From Hypanus sabinus (lineage: Eukaryota), in assembly GCF_030144855.1 (NCBI RefSeq), contig NW_026781263.1, forward strand, positions 124,001 to 188,000: a stretch of 64,000 nucleotides of DNA, in the 5' to 3' direction. The translations under genes were made by a program, and so were the position numbers. The notes beneath the pieces are model-generated. The model did no database searches. It was not told where the DNA came from and saw only the letters and a list, made by a program, of their open reading frames with translations. Positions 12,771-24,379 of this stretch are shown piece by piece. Position 1 is the stretch's first letter. Every line of letters begins with the position of its first letter.

Positions 12771-15184
12771 ACGCACTCTAATAGACCCCCTGGCCCTTCC
12801 AATCTTTGCCGACCTGCTTTCTAGCCTCGTCCTCACAGCGTGCACCGGGACAATAGCCTTCCACACCCCTTCTCATCCGTGCACCTACCGGGATAGGAAC
12901 GAGACGAGGAGAGAATAGAAAAGCCGTTCGGAGAGAAACATCAACCCCACAGCGCACAGAAAGGAACAGCATCCCGATCGCCAACCCTACGTCCCCGCGC
13001 AAAAGAGAACAAAAATCCACTCACTTCGCAAATCGAAAGGGAAAGAAATGGGTGAAAAACACGGAAGATAGAAACCATTAGTGTGAAATCGCCACGCTCC
13101 ATAAATGCCGTTATGTCCAACACGTAACGCAGAAACACGGAAGAATCTTCCTTCGTCAGTGAAAAGTGAGACACCACACAATAAGGGGAGAGAAAGTGGG
13201 AAGCTGGGAGAAATAGAGTAATTGATAGGGAGCGAGGACAGAGATAGGAAGAGAGGCAGAGAGCTTTGGAGGAGATCGAACCAGAAGGAAAAGAGAAAGA
13301 GAATCAGCCGATCAGATCCCGGGACAACAGAGAGGACTGCAGATTAACAGCACTAATCCGCTCAACAGTAAACTATACCCTGCACATGAGATAATGAAGG
13401 AGAGAGAGCGGGTGAACAGAGTGGCCACTGCATTCTAAGCCTTCCCTCATCCCTCCGATGGGTAGTCTGTTGGTAAGAGTTTATTTGTCGATGCACAAGA
13501 AGACCCAATAGATACACATCACTGTGATATTGAACTACCAGGGTGAGTGGGGCGTCTAGTCAATAGCCCGCCTTGTCTCCCTCCCCCACCCCCGTGTTAC
13601 AGCCGACTGATTGTCCGTGTGGTGTGTTTGCGGTTTGCGAACACGGGGTGATGGTGCTGAGGCGTTGATGGTCCTGTTGGTGTGAGATCCGTGGAGTTGT
13701 AGGTGTGATCTTTAATCTGGGTTAGTTTAGGGTCTGTCCGGTATCGAACTGTGGAGGAGAGTCGGTGAGAGGTTGTCATTCTATCGACGTTCCCCACATT
13801 CCCCATCCACCTCCACACCAAACCCTATCTACGTGCCCCTCCCTTCCCAATGACTCACTCCGACTCTGAGAACTCCTCTCTCCAGGAAAGAGTTCCGCGC
13901 CACGCTACCCCTCTAACTGCTACGCACTTTAGCGTGTCAGTCGCTCCTTCGGCACCCAGTCCAGCTCCCCTGTGCTCCACACCGTATCCGGCAAACGTTC
14001 CCTCACCTACACCACAAATCCCCTCCATCACCACTCTGATCACTTTAGCGCTCTCATCTATCCTTTAGTTACGCCCAGCCGTCACCGTCTACGTCACTTC
14101 TCCCACCCACAGCAACCTATCTCTCCTCCGTTACTCACTTCATCCTCAATACCCCAACGGAACTTAGTCTCCCAGTCTCTTTGCGAATTCGTGACTCCCT
14201 TTCTGCCCATCAACTCATTCTCCTGCACCCCAACCGTCCTTGTCACTCCTCCCTCCTCTACACACCTCCGGGGATCCATCACCGCGTCCTTCTCCTACAG
14301 CACTCTCCGTCTCCTTCAGTTCCTCCCCCGCCCGCACCTCTCACAAATTTGCTCAGACATTACCTTGATCACTCTAGCTGGAGCCAATCACTTCCCTCTG
14401 ACGAAGATTTACCGCAGTGAGACAGGACAGTTTCGCATCGAAGTTCTTATCCTCCGCCGGCTTCATTTAATTTGGGGTGGAACAGCAACAGGGCAAATGT
14501 CTGAGCGATCATCCGAACTGAGTTAAGCTTTGAATCGCCTATACGACCTGGCATGTTTGCGGTTTGAACTGAAGTATCTACGTTGCAAGATGGTTGCGGG
14601 GCAAATCAACGCGGCCGGGTCCGGACCCGAGAGCGGGGAATGAGCCAATGTTTGGCCCTAGCCGGAGAGGACATAGAGGCGTTTCGCGATTCGATGCCGC
14701 AGAACCGAGGCGAACAGAGCCGAAATAGAGAGGAGGCGACGGGGACCTAGACCCGACAGCGAGAAAAGAACCGATCTTGTCATGTTCTGGGGCAGAGTTA
14801 GAAAAGCCGTTGACAGGCCGAATCGCGGGGTCCTGGAAAGGCTGCAGAGCTGGAGGGGGTCCGAAAGGGTGGAACGGTCCGAGGCTTGGATGATCCAAGC
14901 ACCGAGCTGGATGGATATCTGAATGTACTCCTTAAGTTGTCATTGTTTTCCTCCTGATTTACTGTCAGGTATATTGCCTTTCGAGCGTCACTATATGAAT
15001 GTGCAAAACACAGGATGCGTTTAAGCTCAGCTGTCAATCACACTTCCTTCTGCTCTTGCAGTACACCGCTCCGTGCCGATTGCGGTACTCGTACCGATGA
15101 GCGGCCCTCGGCTTATTGGAGAAAGTCTCATCACTCTGTTTCCTTTGTGGAGCTCGTACTAATGTGCGGCCCTCGGTTGACCCT

Positions 15185-15640
15185 AGAAAGTATCACCTCT
15201 GCCTTCAAATTCATCCTTCCAAAGTGAATCACTTCGTACCTTTCCGGGTTGAAATCCATCTTTAACTTCTCAGCGCTTCTCTGCGTCCCGTAACTGTCCT
15301 GTTGTAATCTGTGACAACCTTCTATACCATCCATAATTCCACCAACCTCCACATCATTGAAAACACAATAAACCACCCTACCACCTCGTCATCCAAATCG
15401 TTCATAAAACACAAAAAGCTGGCGGTCTCAAAGCAGATCTCTGCAGGACACCTGTCACCAAAATCCAGGGATAAATCCATCTACTACTATCCTCTGTCTT
15501 CTGTGGGCATCAGGTCAGGATCCATCAGCGACCTTTCCCTGGATACCAAAACTTCTGACGTTATGAATGGTCCTACCATTGATAAATTTAATGTCCTGCT
15601 AAAATTCATTCATATCAGATCAATTATACCGCACTTTATT
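15185..15640 (-). mobile_element. CR1 LINE RT fragment
   Basis: ORF 15131-15376 reads VGGIMDGIEGCHRLQQD...MDFNPERYEVIHFGRMN, typical of the CR1 RT C-terminal part. Confidence 0.75.
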
Positions 15641-15889
15641 TCCAAACTTCCACGCAACAAACACGTTCTCCCATCTGTTTCTCTCTTCCAGTGTCTCTGT
15701 TTTCGCTCGGGCTAGTGCAGAGATGTGAACTGCCTCGATCCTCCAGGTACAAAATGGAAGTTGTCACCCAACTCACTGAGGGGGCAAGTGCTCCATCATC
15801 CGTCTATTGCCTGAAACGTAAATCCAAGAGGATTATCTCATCTTGGACCAGAGCATCCCATTGACAATATGTTTTCTGGAACTCAGCTA

Positions 15890-17340
15890 CTAGAGGACAT
15901 TGACTATTTCCAAGGGGTTTGAGTTGGTTAACATGATACCAACCCAACTTGTTTGGAGCGGTCTGGATTCGATATGCTGATGGACTGGCTCGGTGCCGAC
16001 AAATCTGGAAGGTGTAAAGGGGCTCTGCTGATGCAATGTCATCAGAACCTTCTGTCCTATTTCCAACGCCCGCGGTTTTGCTTGCACCTTGAAACAAGCT
16101 TCGCTCTGCCGTTTTTTCTGTCACGTATTATGGACGGCATCATAATGGGCCTCCTTAATAGGTTCAATTAATTGCTGCTTGCATTTGTCCTTTCCAATGC
16201 CAGTGATAAGTCTAGACAAACAGGAATACTAACACTTGCATTTTTCTACGAATTGTCAACTTATAACGTGCAAATGCAGGAGGGGATGCTTCTATGACGA
16301 GGACTATCATAAGAACATAGTGTAAGACACTTACCCAGGAGCCGTTTAGCCGTTTTAGACAACATTGTCTTTAAAGTCCAGTTTATCCGTTCAACAATCG
16401 CGGTATTGTGCTCGATAGAGAATATGGAACTTTCGTTTTACCCCAAACAGTTTCATTATATTTCATGTCACCTCTGTAGTGTAGCGGGGACCATGAGCTG
16501 ATTCTAGGGTCCATGGCAGTCCCCAACGGGAAAAACTCTCTCGGACAAAATCCTGGCTGTAACATCAGCAGTTTTCATGATCTAGTTGTGGAAACCTGTA
16601 TCCACTTGTTGACCGCTACCACTATCTCATGGATTTATTTCAGTCCTCCAGGCGATGGAGGTGAAGAAGCAACAAAATAAACCTGCGGATTAACACGTGG
16701 TACTTCTACGGGACTTGTCTCAAAACTGCTTCCCTAGCCGATTTATCTATGTTATCACTGGGCACAAATCAAACAATTCTTATAATAATATTGTACATCT
16801 CATCGCAATTTCGGCCACCAACACAGTTTCTTCAACTGTTCCATAGTTCTCTCTGATCCTTGATGCCCACAAATGTCATGGTGCCAGTACCTCACCTGAT
16901 TCTTTTTCGCCATTTTGGCACCACAAATTTACCATTATTAAGTACAACCCGATTCCGTGCCTGTATGCCTCTATATTTCCCAAACTCTTCAGAATCTTCG
17001 CCTCTTTGTATCTTTGCTAATTCCTGACCCTGTTAATGAGTCATGACTAAGTCTATATCTGTACAGTTTGCTGGTTTCTCCGTCATCCCTAGCTCTACAT
17101 CTGGATTCGCTTTCACCACCCAGATTGATTCTGGTTCGCCGAACCCACCAGTCTTCCTGCTCCCTTCCGGGGTAGTCTGTAAATGAGCCTTAACCTTCTT
17201 GTTTAATTCATAAGTGTTTCCACTTCCCTTCTCAAATATTTACTTCAAAATGGGAGCTGATGGTACAGGTTTGCCATCTTTTGAGATATAACCTCTAGCT
17301 TCCCATAACGGTAAATATTCAGTCAAAGCACATAAGTATG
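15890..17340 (-). mobile_element. Endogenous retrovirus-like pol remnant (RNase H and integrase)
   Basis: Manual minus-strand translation: LTEYLPLWEARGYISKDGKPVPSAP...KKVKAH (RNase H); HHDICGHQG...NCLICAQ (HHCC zinc finger); KWIQV...TADVTARILSERVF..WGLP (integrase core); SPSAYRIQ...GWYHVNQLK (integrase C-terminus). Interrupted by stops and frameshifts. Confidence 0.85.
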
Positions 17341-17454
17341 CAGTGAATGAAGGGAGACGGGTCATTGACAGTCATCAGAGTTTAATCTCATTAGGTACCT
17401 TGTTCAGCGCAGAAGTAGGGAGTCAAAGGGCTTGTTCCTGTTCTCTACTGTTCC

Positions 17455-19900
17455 CAGGATCCCAACATCTCCAGCTGACGTGTTCAGATTGTAATATCAA
17501 TCTATTAATTATCAGCTATCTATTCTCCTCCATTCATCTCGTTCTTCAGTACTGTGTCATATAGGACAAGGTGTCTTGCAACACAGGAGCCTTCTCTTCC
17601 GTCCACCCTGTCCCTGACGAGCGGAACATTCCCGGCTGAGCTGTGACGTAACCAGTGACGCCAAATTCTCAGGACGTCATCAATGAACCGGATGCTGCAA
17701 TGTGGAACTTGGATTATTCCAAATGTGAAGCTTGTCCTTCCCTCGCATTCCTTTTCAGAAACTCTCTCAGTGCTGCACAGAACTACGGAGACATACATTT
17801 AGCAATGGAAAATTCATGGCATTTGCAGACAAGTATGAAGTTATCTTAAGAAATCCGAAATGAATATTATATTATTTATGAGGTGAACATAACTCGAATA
17901 GATTCATGGTCTAGTGCACATTGAGGAAAATGTGACAGAATCGGCAAACATAAGAGAGCAGATACACGGTGAAGGTAACAATTTGGATTTGCTGAGAGGA
18001 AATGTATTCATACAAATGATGCTGGAACATAAAACGCTCTACCTCGGTTGGTCTGACTTCAATCAAATTATTAATTTAATTACTCACTTATTTATATAAA
18101 TTAATGTATTTACTTAATTTGATTATTTTCATTAAACATTTAAGAGGTTGGTTTGCCAAACCACAGACAGATCACGTGCTGCTCAATTGGCTCTAAGTGG
18201 TTCAGTAACGAATAGTCTGTTTGCCATATGACTCTACGATGCTGAATGTCCTGATGGATACAGCCGTCATCATTCATTGGTGCACGGTCCATCTCACAAT
18301 TATAACATAAACCGACTGCAAGCAACTCGTGTTCTAACAATAGCTCAGGAAATACAGAGTGTATTTTAAGAGTATTTACAGGGTTCGCGGAACAGCGGGA
18401 AAGAATGAGAAAAAATACTCTCGCTTAAACTGAATCAGAGTCTCACTTGTAAAGGACTGAGACGGCAAACTTAACATTGGAGCCGAGGCAGACAAATTGA
18501 AAATGAAACCCACACTCTCACACTGTAGCAGAGACTAACAGATACAGAATGAAACCCACACTCTCACACTGTAACAGAGACTGACAGATACAGAATGAAA
18601 CCTACACTCTCACACTGTAGCAGAGACTGACAAACACTGAATGAAACCCACACACTCACACTGTCGCAGAGACTGACAGATACAGAATGAACCCCACACT
18701 CTTACAGTGTAGCAGAGACTGACAGATACAAAATGAAACCCACACTCTCACACTGTAGCAGAGACTGACAGATACAAAATGAAACCCACACTCTCACACT
18801 GTAGCACTGTAACCCTCTCTTCATTTTCACCTTGTAGCCAACTGCATGCTCCATCCTTTCCTCTCTCTGGCAGACTGGCCAATGACACTGTTCTGCCAAT
18901 TTTTTGTTCTTTTTCTTTCATTCTGCTCTGAATAATCCTTGTTGCTACAAAATGGCCTTGCAGCTGTTTCAATGTCGCTTTTGTTTCTTCAATCCTTAAA
19001 TCGATATTCTGACTCCACCGTGAAATATCGTGTTCAACGCGTTCCGACTGGGATGAGAAAGTCATGAACTGGGAGATCGACAAAGAATTTAATGCATGTG
19101 CTGACGTTCATTTGCCTGTGTGTTTGCTATTAATGGCTTTTAATATGGCTTTGTGTGATGGTGTGGCCCTACCTGTCGGTCCTGCATTTATTTCTGCACG
19201 GCACCGCGAAGGTAACGCCAAGAACACGGGCATTTTTACGTTCGACCATGAAACGAATCGGTTTGGAATCGATAGATGGCAGAAAGTATTCTTTTAAATT
19301 ATGCCGGTATTCCCACCAGGGGGAAAGGTGTGGATGGTTGTGCTCGTAACCAACAGGACAGTGAATGGCTGCCTTATCAGCCCATTGTATACCAACAGCG
19401 AATTGCGCGCCACAGTTGTTCAGCATCTCACTGTTCCTCGTGTGGATTCATCATCGGCTTTGTCCGTTACTTCACCGTTTCAAAATCCACAGAACGAGTA
19501 GGAAATTTTAAACAGATACGTTATAAGATGTATTAGAGGTACACACTTACATACGTAACTTTAGCACCTAATACGCACTTTTTCCCTGAATCAATTTCTT
19601 TCTGAAATCCAACCTGGTGACTCAGTAATATCTTTACTGGTACATTTGCATTTACACCGATTTTGATACAATGCTTACTATTTTTCTCTCTCTCTGTTAC
19701 AGCAGCGGATAATGTCTGTAATGCTGGGGTAATTGGTTTGCATTTCGCGCCTCATACTTGCCAACATCTGTGTTTGCAACTGACTCGGTGACAGTGCAAA
19801 CAATGAGGGATTGCGCCAAAAAACAAAATATTGATGTAAATGTATCATATCCTGGAAAAAGTCACCGTAGCAAAGTAAGTGAATCAGAAGCTTCGTCCAC
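17455..19900 (-). pseudogene. Decayed multi-exon gene remnant, copy A (possibly TRIM-like: B-box and coiled-coil)
   Basis: Homologous to 31100-34540. Minus-strand pieces: EYRHNLKEYF..IDSKPI.FMVE.KN.RVL ending at a GT donor (~19172), and coiled-coil LRIEETKATLKQLQGHFVATRIIQSRMKEKEQ. Cys/His ligands are mostly lost, so the identity is speculative. Confidence 0.35.
18490..18806. repeat. 46-bp minisatellite (~7 copies)
   Basis: Unit gagactgacagatacagaatgaaacccacactctcacactgtagca. Confidence 0.95.
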
Positions 19901-20760
19901 ATTATACCGGATAATTTTGAAAACGCCGGTTTCGTCTAATAACGATAGGCGTCCACACCAGGCGTTTTAGAAAGTACCTCCATCCACATTAAAATGGTTA
20001 GTTGGGCGAATCTCCTCCTACTGGGCATGCGTCGGACGCATTCACATAATCAAGCGACATGTTTGGTGTCGAACCTCGCCGTGAAGGATTTGCTGCGCGT
20101 TTGTCCGACTAGAAAAACCTAAAAGGAAATTGCCAAACGACGGACAGCTGTTGGCTCGCGCGCAGGAGGACTTAAAAAAAGCAAACACTGGAGCGTATGG
20201 AGGCAACCGACAGGGAGTTCATGGATTGTTTGACCCGACTGATGACGAACATTGAAAAACTGACTAACTCTGTTGCTGAGGGATCTGCAATGATGAGTAA
20301 TATGATGGCTCACACCGAGTACTTTTCACCGCCACAATACCAGCTTCATAGCCACTACAATAGCAACACATACGGACACACGGACCACCGGGTGGCCCCA
20401 ATGCACCACTGCACAACATCTTCCACACTCCCACAGAGAGGTGACGCTGTAAACAGTTCCTACATCCACTGTGTCTTCACCGATGACAGGAACGACAGCT
20501 ACAACGAAATGCAATAAGGCTTGTTACTGGGCAAAAGTGAAATTTACTGTTATCTCATTTTGTTTGCCTTTACTTTTGCCACGTCTTTCTGTATTATTTT
20601 GCTGTATTTAACATGTGCAATAAAACGAGTTACTGGGCAAAGGTGAGGTAGTCCCAGCGTTAGCCGTCCCTTGAGACTACAAGACTGGTGTTGTTTTCAG
20701 TTCAATGAAATAAGGCGTATTATTTCCCCATTGGCATTACGGTTCGCTAAAACAGAAAAA
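19888..20760 (+). mobile_element. Harbinger/PIF-like non-autonomous DNA transposon relic
   Basis: Left end gcttcgtccacattataccggataattttgaaacgcc resembles Harbinger TIRs. Internal peptide KRKLPNDGQLLARAQED...LERMEATDREFMDCLTRLMTNIEKLTNSV resembles the C-terminus of the Myb/SANT accessory ORF (from recall). Right end not defined. Confidence 0.5.
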
Positions 20761-21092
20761 TAATGGCTAATTAGTTGCGATTATTAGTAGTAAATAGTAG
20801 TAATGTACAAGTTGTTTTCATCATAAGTAACCTATTATTCTATAAAAGAATGTCATTCTGTGCTTCAGCTACATTGAGGACGGAAACATCCAGACGCGGT
20901 GGACTCTCAACAACGTGTGATCGGTGAAGAGTTTTACTCTGCAGGCGTAAAAGAAATTTCCTCTCTGGGCGTTGTTATAGCTGTTTGAGTTTACTTAGTA
21001 GCTATTTATAACTTTTATGATATTTAGAATTTGGAAATATTCCGAAAAGAATTGCAAATACTAACAGCCTTGGATTAACAATGCTTGAATAG

Positions 21093-21135
21093 ATGGCTAT
21101 TTGTTACACAGTGGTTATAATTGTCGGTATCCCGG
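21093..21135 (+). pseudogene. GPR139-like paralogue 2, exon 1
   Basis: MAICYTVVIIVGIP followed by phase-1 donor G|GTAAGT. An upstream in-frame ATG at 21081 is followed by TAG (MLE*). Confidence 0.7.
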
Positions 21136-22689
21136 GTAAGTGCCTTTCGTTACTTATACAGAAACAGAGACCTCCCTCCACTCTCAGCTACTGCTGATTT
21201 GATTTTAATCGGTGTTTATTAAAAATTCCTAAAACGCTGTCTCGTTCCTCTCAATCTCCTGTCCTGTTAATATTTTAACCTGGTTCATGCAGTCTTGTCA
21301 CTGGAACTGCCTGTAATCTTATCATTTGTGACGTGAGACCTCGAACTGTACAGACACCACACAAACAACCCATGTCTAGCAAAGCCTCCCGTCATTAGCG
21401 GACCTCATTCCTTCCAACCCTGTCACGTGAGCAGTAGATTGGCGTTTAAACTCACAGTAAATAGCTTTGATTTCAACTTGTGAAATTCTGTTCCCTGTTC
21501 TAATTCAGGTTCACGGGAAGTGAGCATCGCAGACAATACTGATATTATTACGGTCTCTCTAATTTTCCCGATCAAATGATGATTAGTGGTGCAAACCACA
21601 GCATTCTTGGGTCTACAGTCACATAAAATCCAGATAAAGGCGAATATTCTCCATCCCTAAAGGACATTTATGAAACAAATGAGGCTTTACAGCAACTCAG
21701 TAGTGTCGTGTGCTTCGTTACCGAGGCCGGCTTGTTAGGGAAGGCTGAAAGAGACTCGTCTAAAGACAGGGATTCCAATGGCGGGGCCGTGCGGTGGGAT
21801 TCCATTTCACCATAATCGATGCGCCGCCACGGCTGTGATCCATAGACTCTTGTCGCTCCACAAACACTCGCGCACGCATCTTCCAGCGGCTGAGCGCCCA
21901 AGTGCAAATTTACCAATTTCCACCAAAAATTTCTCTTCCATCTTTCTGAAAGGTAAACTCATTTCCCCCTTCTATTTTCCCCTCCCAGTGCTGTTCAATT
22001 GAAGGACGATCCATTTTCTACTCTTTGACAATTCCCAAGTTTTTCCAGTCTCAAATTTTGATCTATGTTTTTTTGGTATCAGCACTGTTCACTCGCAGAT
22101 GCGCGGGTACGCAGCTGCGCCAGAACTGAAATGTGTCACTCTGTAAATATTGTTTTGAAATCATTGTTAATATAATTATGAAATACCGTGAAATTTACTG
22201 TATTACTGAATATAATCCATAAATGTGCTAAATACTAAACGTACCACATTTACATTGGAACATTTTAGAGCTTCAACCTATTTGTGTTGTCATTATTTCA
22301 GGTTGCAACACTGTCAAAAATGGTCACAATAAAGACAGAAACCACCAACGCCGTTCAGTCAGAACATTTCACGTTGGCATACTCCCTGTCAGGGGTGACT
22401 GCCTGACAGCCTTTACCTGTGTTGTGTTGTGTTTTGTCATTGTTTGACATGGATATTCCAAATATAAGAAAAACATTACAAGTGCCGAGCACTTTTAAGA
22501 CCGGGTAACATTGTTCTGCTCAGAGCAAAGGTTTGTCCCCGAAGGTTGCTGGGGTGCGAGATCTTGGTTTCAGAATCTGACCTTGCAATCGAATAATAAC
22601 TAAAGCCTCTAGAAAGAAGCGTAGACGCGCACTTCAATTACACTACCTCTCTCCATGGAGATACCTCGCTTGTAGTTCTGTGAACAGTC

Positions 22690-23200
22690 TTGGTCGCCCT
22701 GTTATAGGAAAGGCAGATGTACGCTGAACGGAATGTAAAGAATATTTACAAAGATGCTGCCGGAACTCCAGGGCTTGAGTTACAGGGAGAGGCTCGGCCG
22801 AGTGGCATTGTATTCTTTGAGGCAGGCAATTCGCGGATGGCTTGATAGAGGTGCATAAAGCCACGATAATGTATTGATACAGTCATTCATCTCCGTGTGG
22901 TTGGGTAATCGTGAACAAAGGGGGGTAGATTTAAGATCAGAGGGCAGAAATGTAGCTGGATTCCGAGCGACGTTTTCTCACACAGAAGTTGCTCTGTGTA
23001 TTGAACAGCCTGACAAAGGAAATGGGCGATACAGAGTCGTTAACAATATTTAAAATACACCTGGACAGTTTGAGAAATGCGAAAGCCTTAGAGAGATGTG
23101 ATCCAAACGCGAACGAACGCGATCAGCTCAGATGGCCGTGCCGGTCGGCATGGAGATATGGGCCGAAGGGAGCGTTTCTGTGATCTATCATTCTTGGACT
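22690..23200 (+). mobile_element. CR1 3'-end fragment in the paralogue 2 intron
   Basis: Decayed ERVQRRFTRMLPG...YRERL sequence and a gggccgaaggg terminal motif. Duplicated at ~26500-26830. Confidence 0.7.
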
Positions 23201-23450
23201 CTACTCATCGCTGCTGCATCGGTGAACGTGAGGAGACAATGCAGCAGGTGCTCCTGTAAAGCGCTTTGTGCTGCGGTCAGGCTTTCAAACAAACCGCAAA
23301 AACACGGGTATTCTTTACTTCCACTGATAATGTCCAGCAGAGATGAACAACGGATTTTACTTCAAGGGAACAGATCATGGCTGTATCTCCACGTAAAATG
23401 TGTTAGATTTTTTAAAATTCTAATTTTTGGTCTTTTTTTTGTCACTGCAG

Positions 23451-24379
23451 TTAACCTTGTGGCGATCATCATTCTCAGCCGCGGAAACTGCGGTCTCTCC
23501 AAATGCGTCACGCGGTACCTGGTGGCGATGGCTGCGGCGGATCTAATGGTGGTGATTATCGAATTCCTGTTCTACCAGATGGGTCGAGCATACCGATTTA
23601 ATTACGGATCCTGGACAACGCTCCGTTCTGCCTTGTCCACTACGTCCTGTGTCACGTGGCCGTTGACTGTTCCGTGTGGTTTACTGTCGCTTTCACTTTC
23701 GATCGCTTTGTGGCCATTTGCTCGCCTACTTTTAAAGCAAAATCCTCACCCCCAGAATTGCGGGTTTGGTGATGGGCGCACTATCTCTCGGCTTCTTTTT
23801 TAAAAACATACCATTTTATTTCATGTATATGGAAAGAATAGCGTTGTTGGTGAGGGGTAATTGGATTTGTTTCAGTAGACCTGTAGTGCCTTTCTCGCCA
23901 TCGTTTGAGGGGTTTTATTGTGTAGACCGTCTATTGAATCCGCTACTTCCTTTCTTCCTCATTTTGACCCTCAATGCTCTGACCGTCAGACAGATACTGG
24001 CGGCGAGCAGAGTCCGCAGGGGGCTGAAGGGACGGGGAAATTGCGAGAAACAGCGAGATCCGGAGATGGAGAGTCTGAGACAATCCATCATTCTGCTCTT
24101 CAGCCTGTCGGCGAGTTTCCTTCTCTGCTGGGCGACAACCACTCTGATCTGCATTCTCATGCGATGCCTCTACACAGACCTGGAAACGTCCATTCGGCTT
24201 TTTCAGGCACAGTTTGCGGGTTCTGTGATTCAGAATTTCAGCAGCTGCACAAATACTTTTATGTACGGAGTGACCCAGACCAGATTCAGAGAGCAGGTGA
24301 AAGTTCTTCTGCTCTCCCCCCTACCTTAGTTTTGAACTGTTTTAGAAAACTACTCTGCTCAGATGAAAGCGTCGAATAA
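23451..24379 (+). pseudogene. GPR139-like paralogue 2, exon 2 (three -1 frameshifts)
   Basis: CAG acceptor at 23448-23450, then VNLVAIIILSRGNCGLSKC. Alignment to paralogue 3 shows single-base losses at ~23608, ~23745 and in the C-run at ~24316-24321. Confidence 0.88.

Noticed and set aside
13850-14526. Ser/Pro/Thr-rich ORFs, including the 184-aa one
   Set aside because: C-rich compositional bias, with no recognisable homology or splice context.
23132-23450. Long N-terminal extension of ORF 23132-23803
   Set aside because: This is intronic read-through of a CR1 tail and intron. The true exon begins at the CAG acceptor (23451). The same applies to 10027-10054 and 62706-62814.
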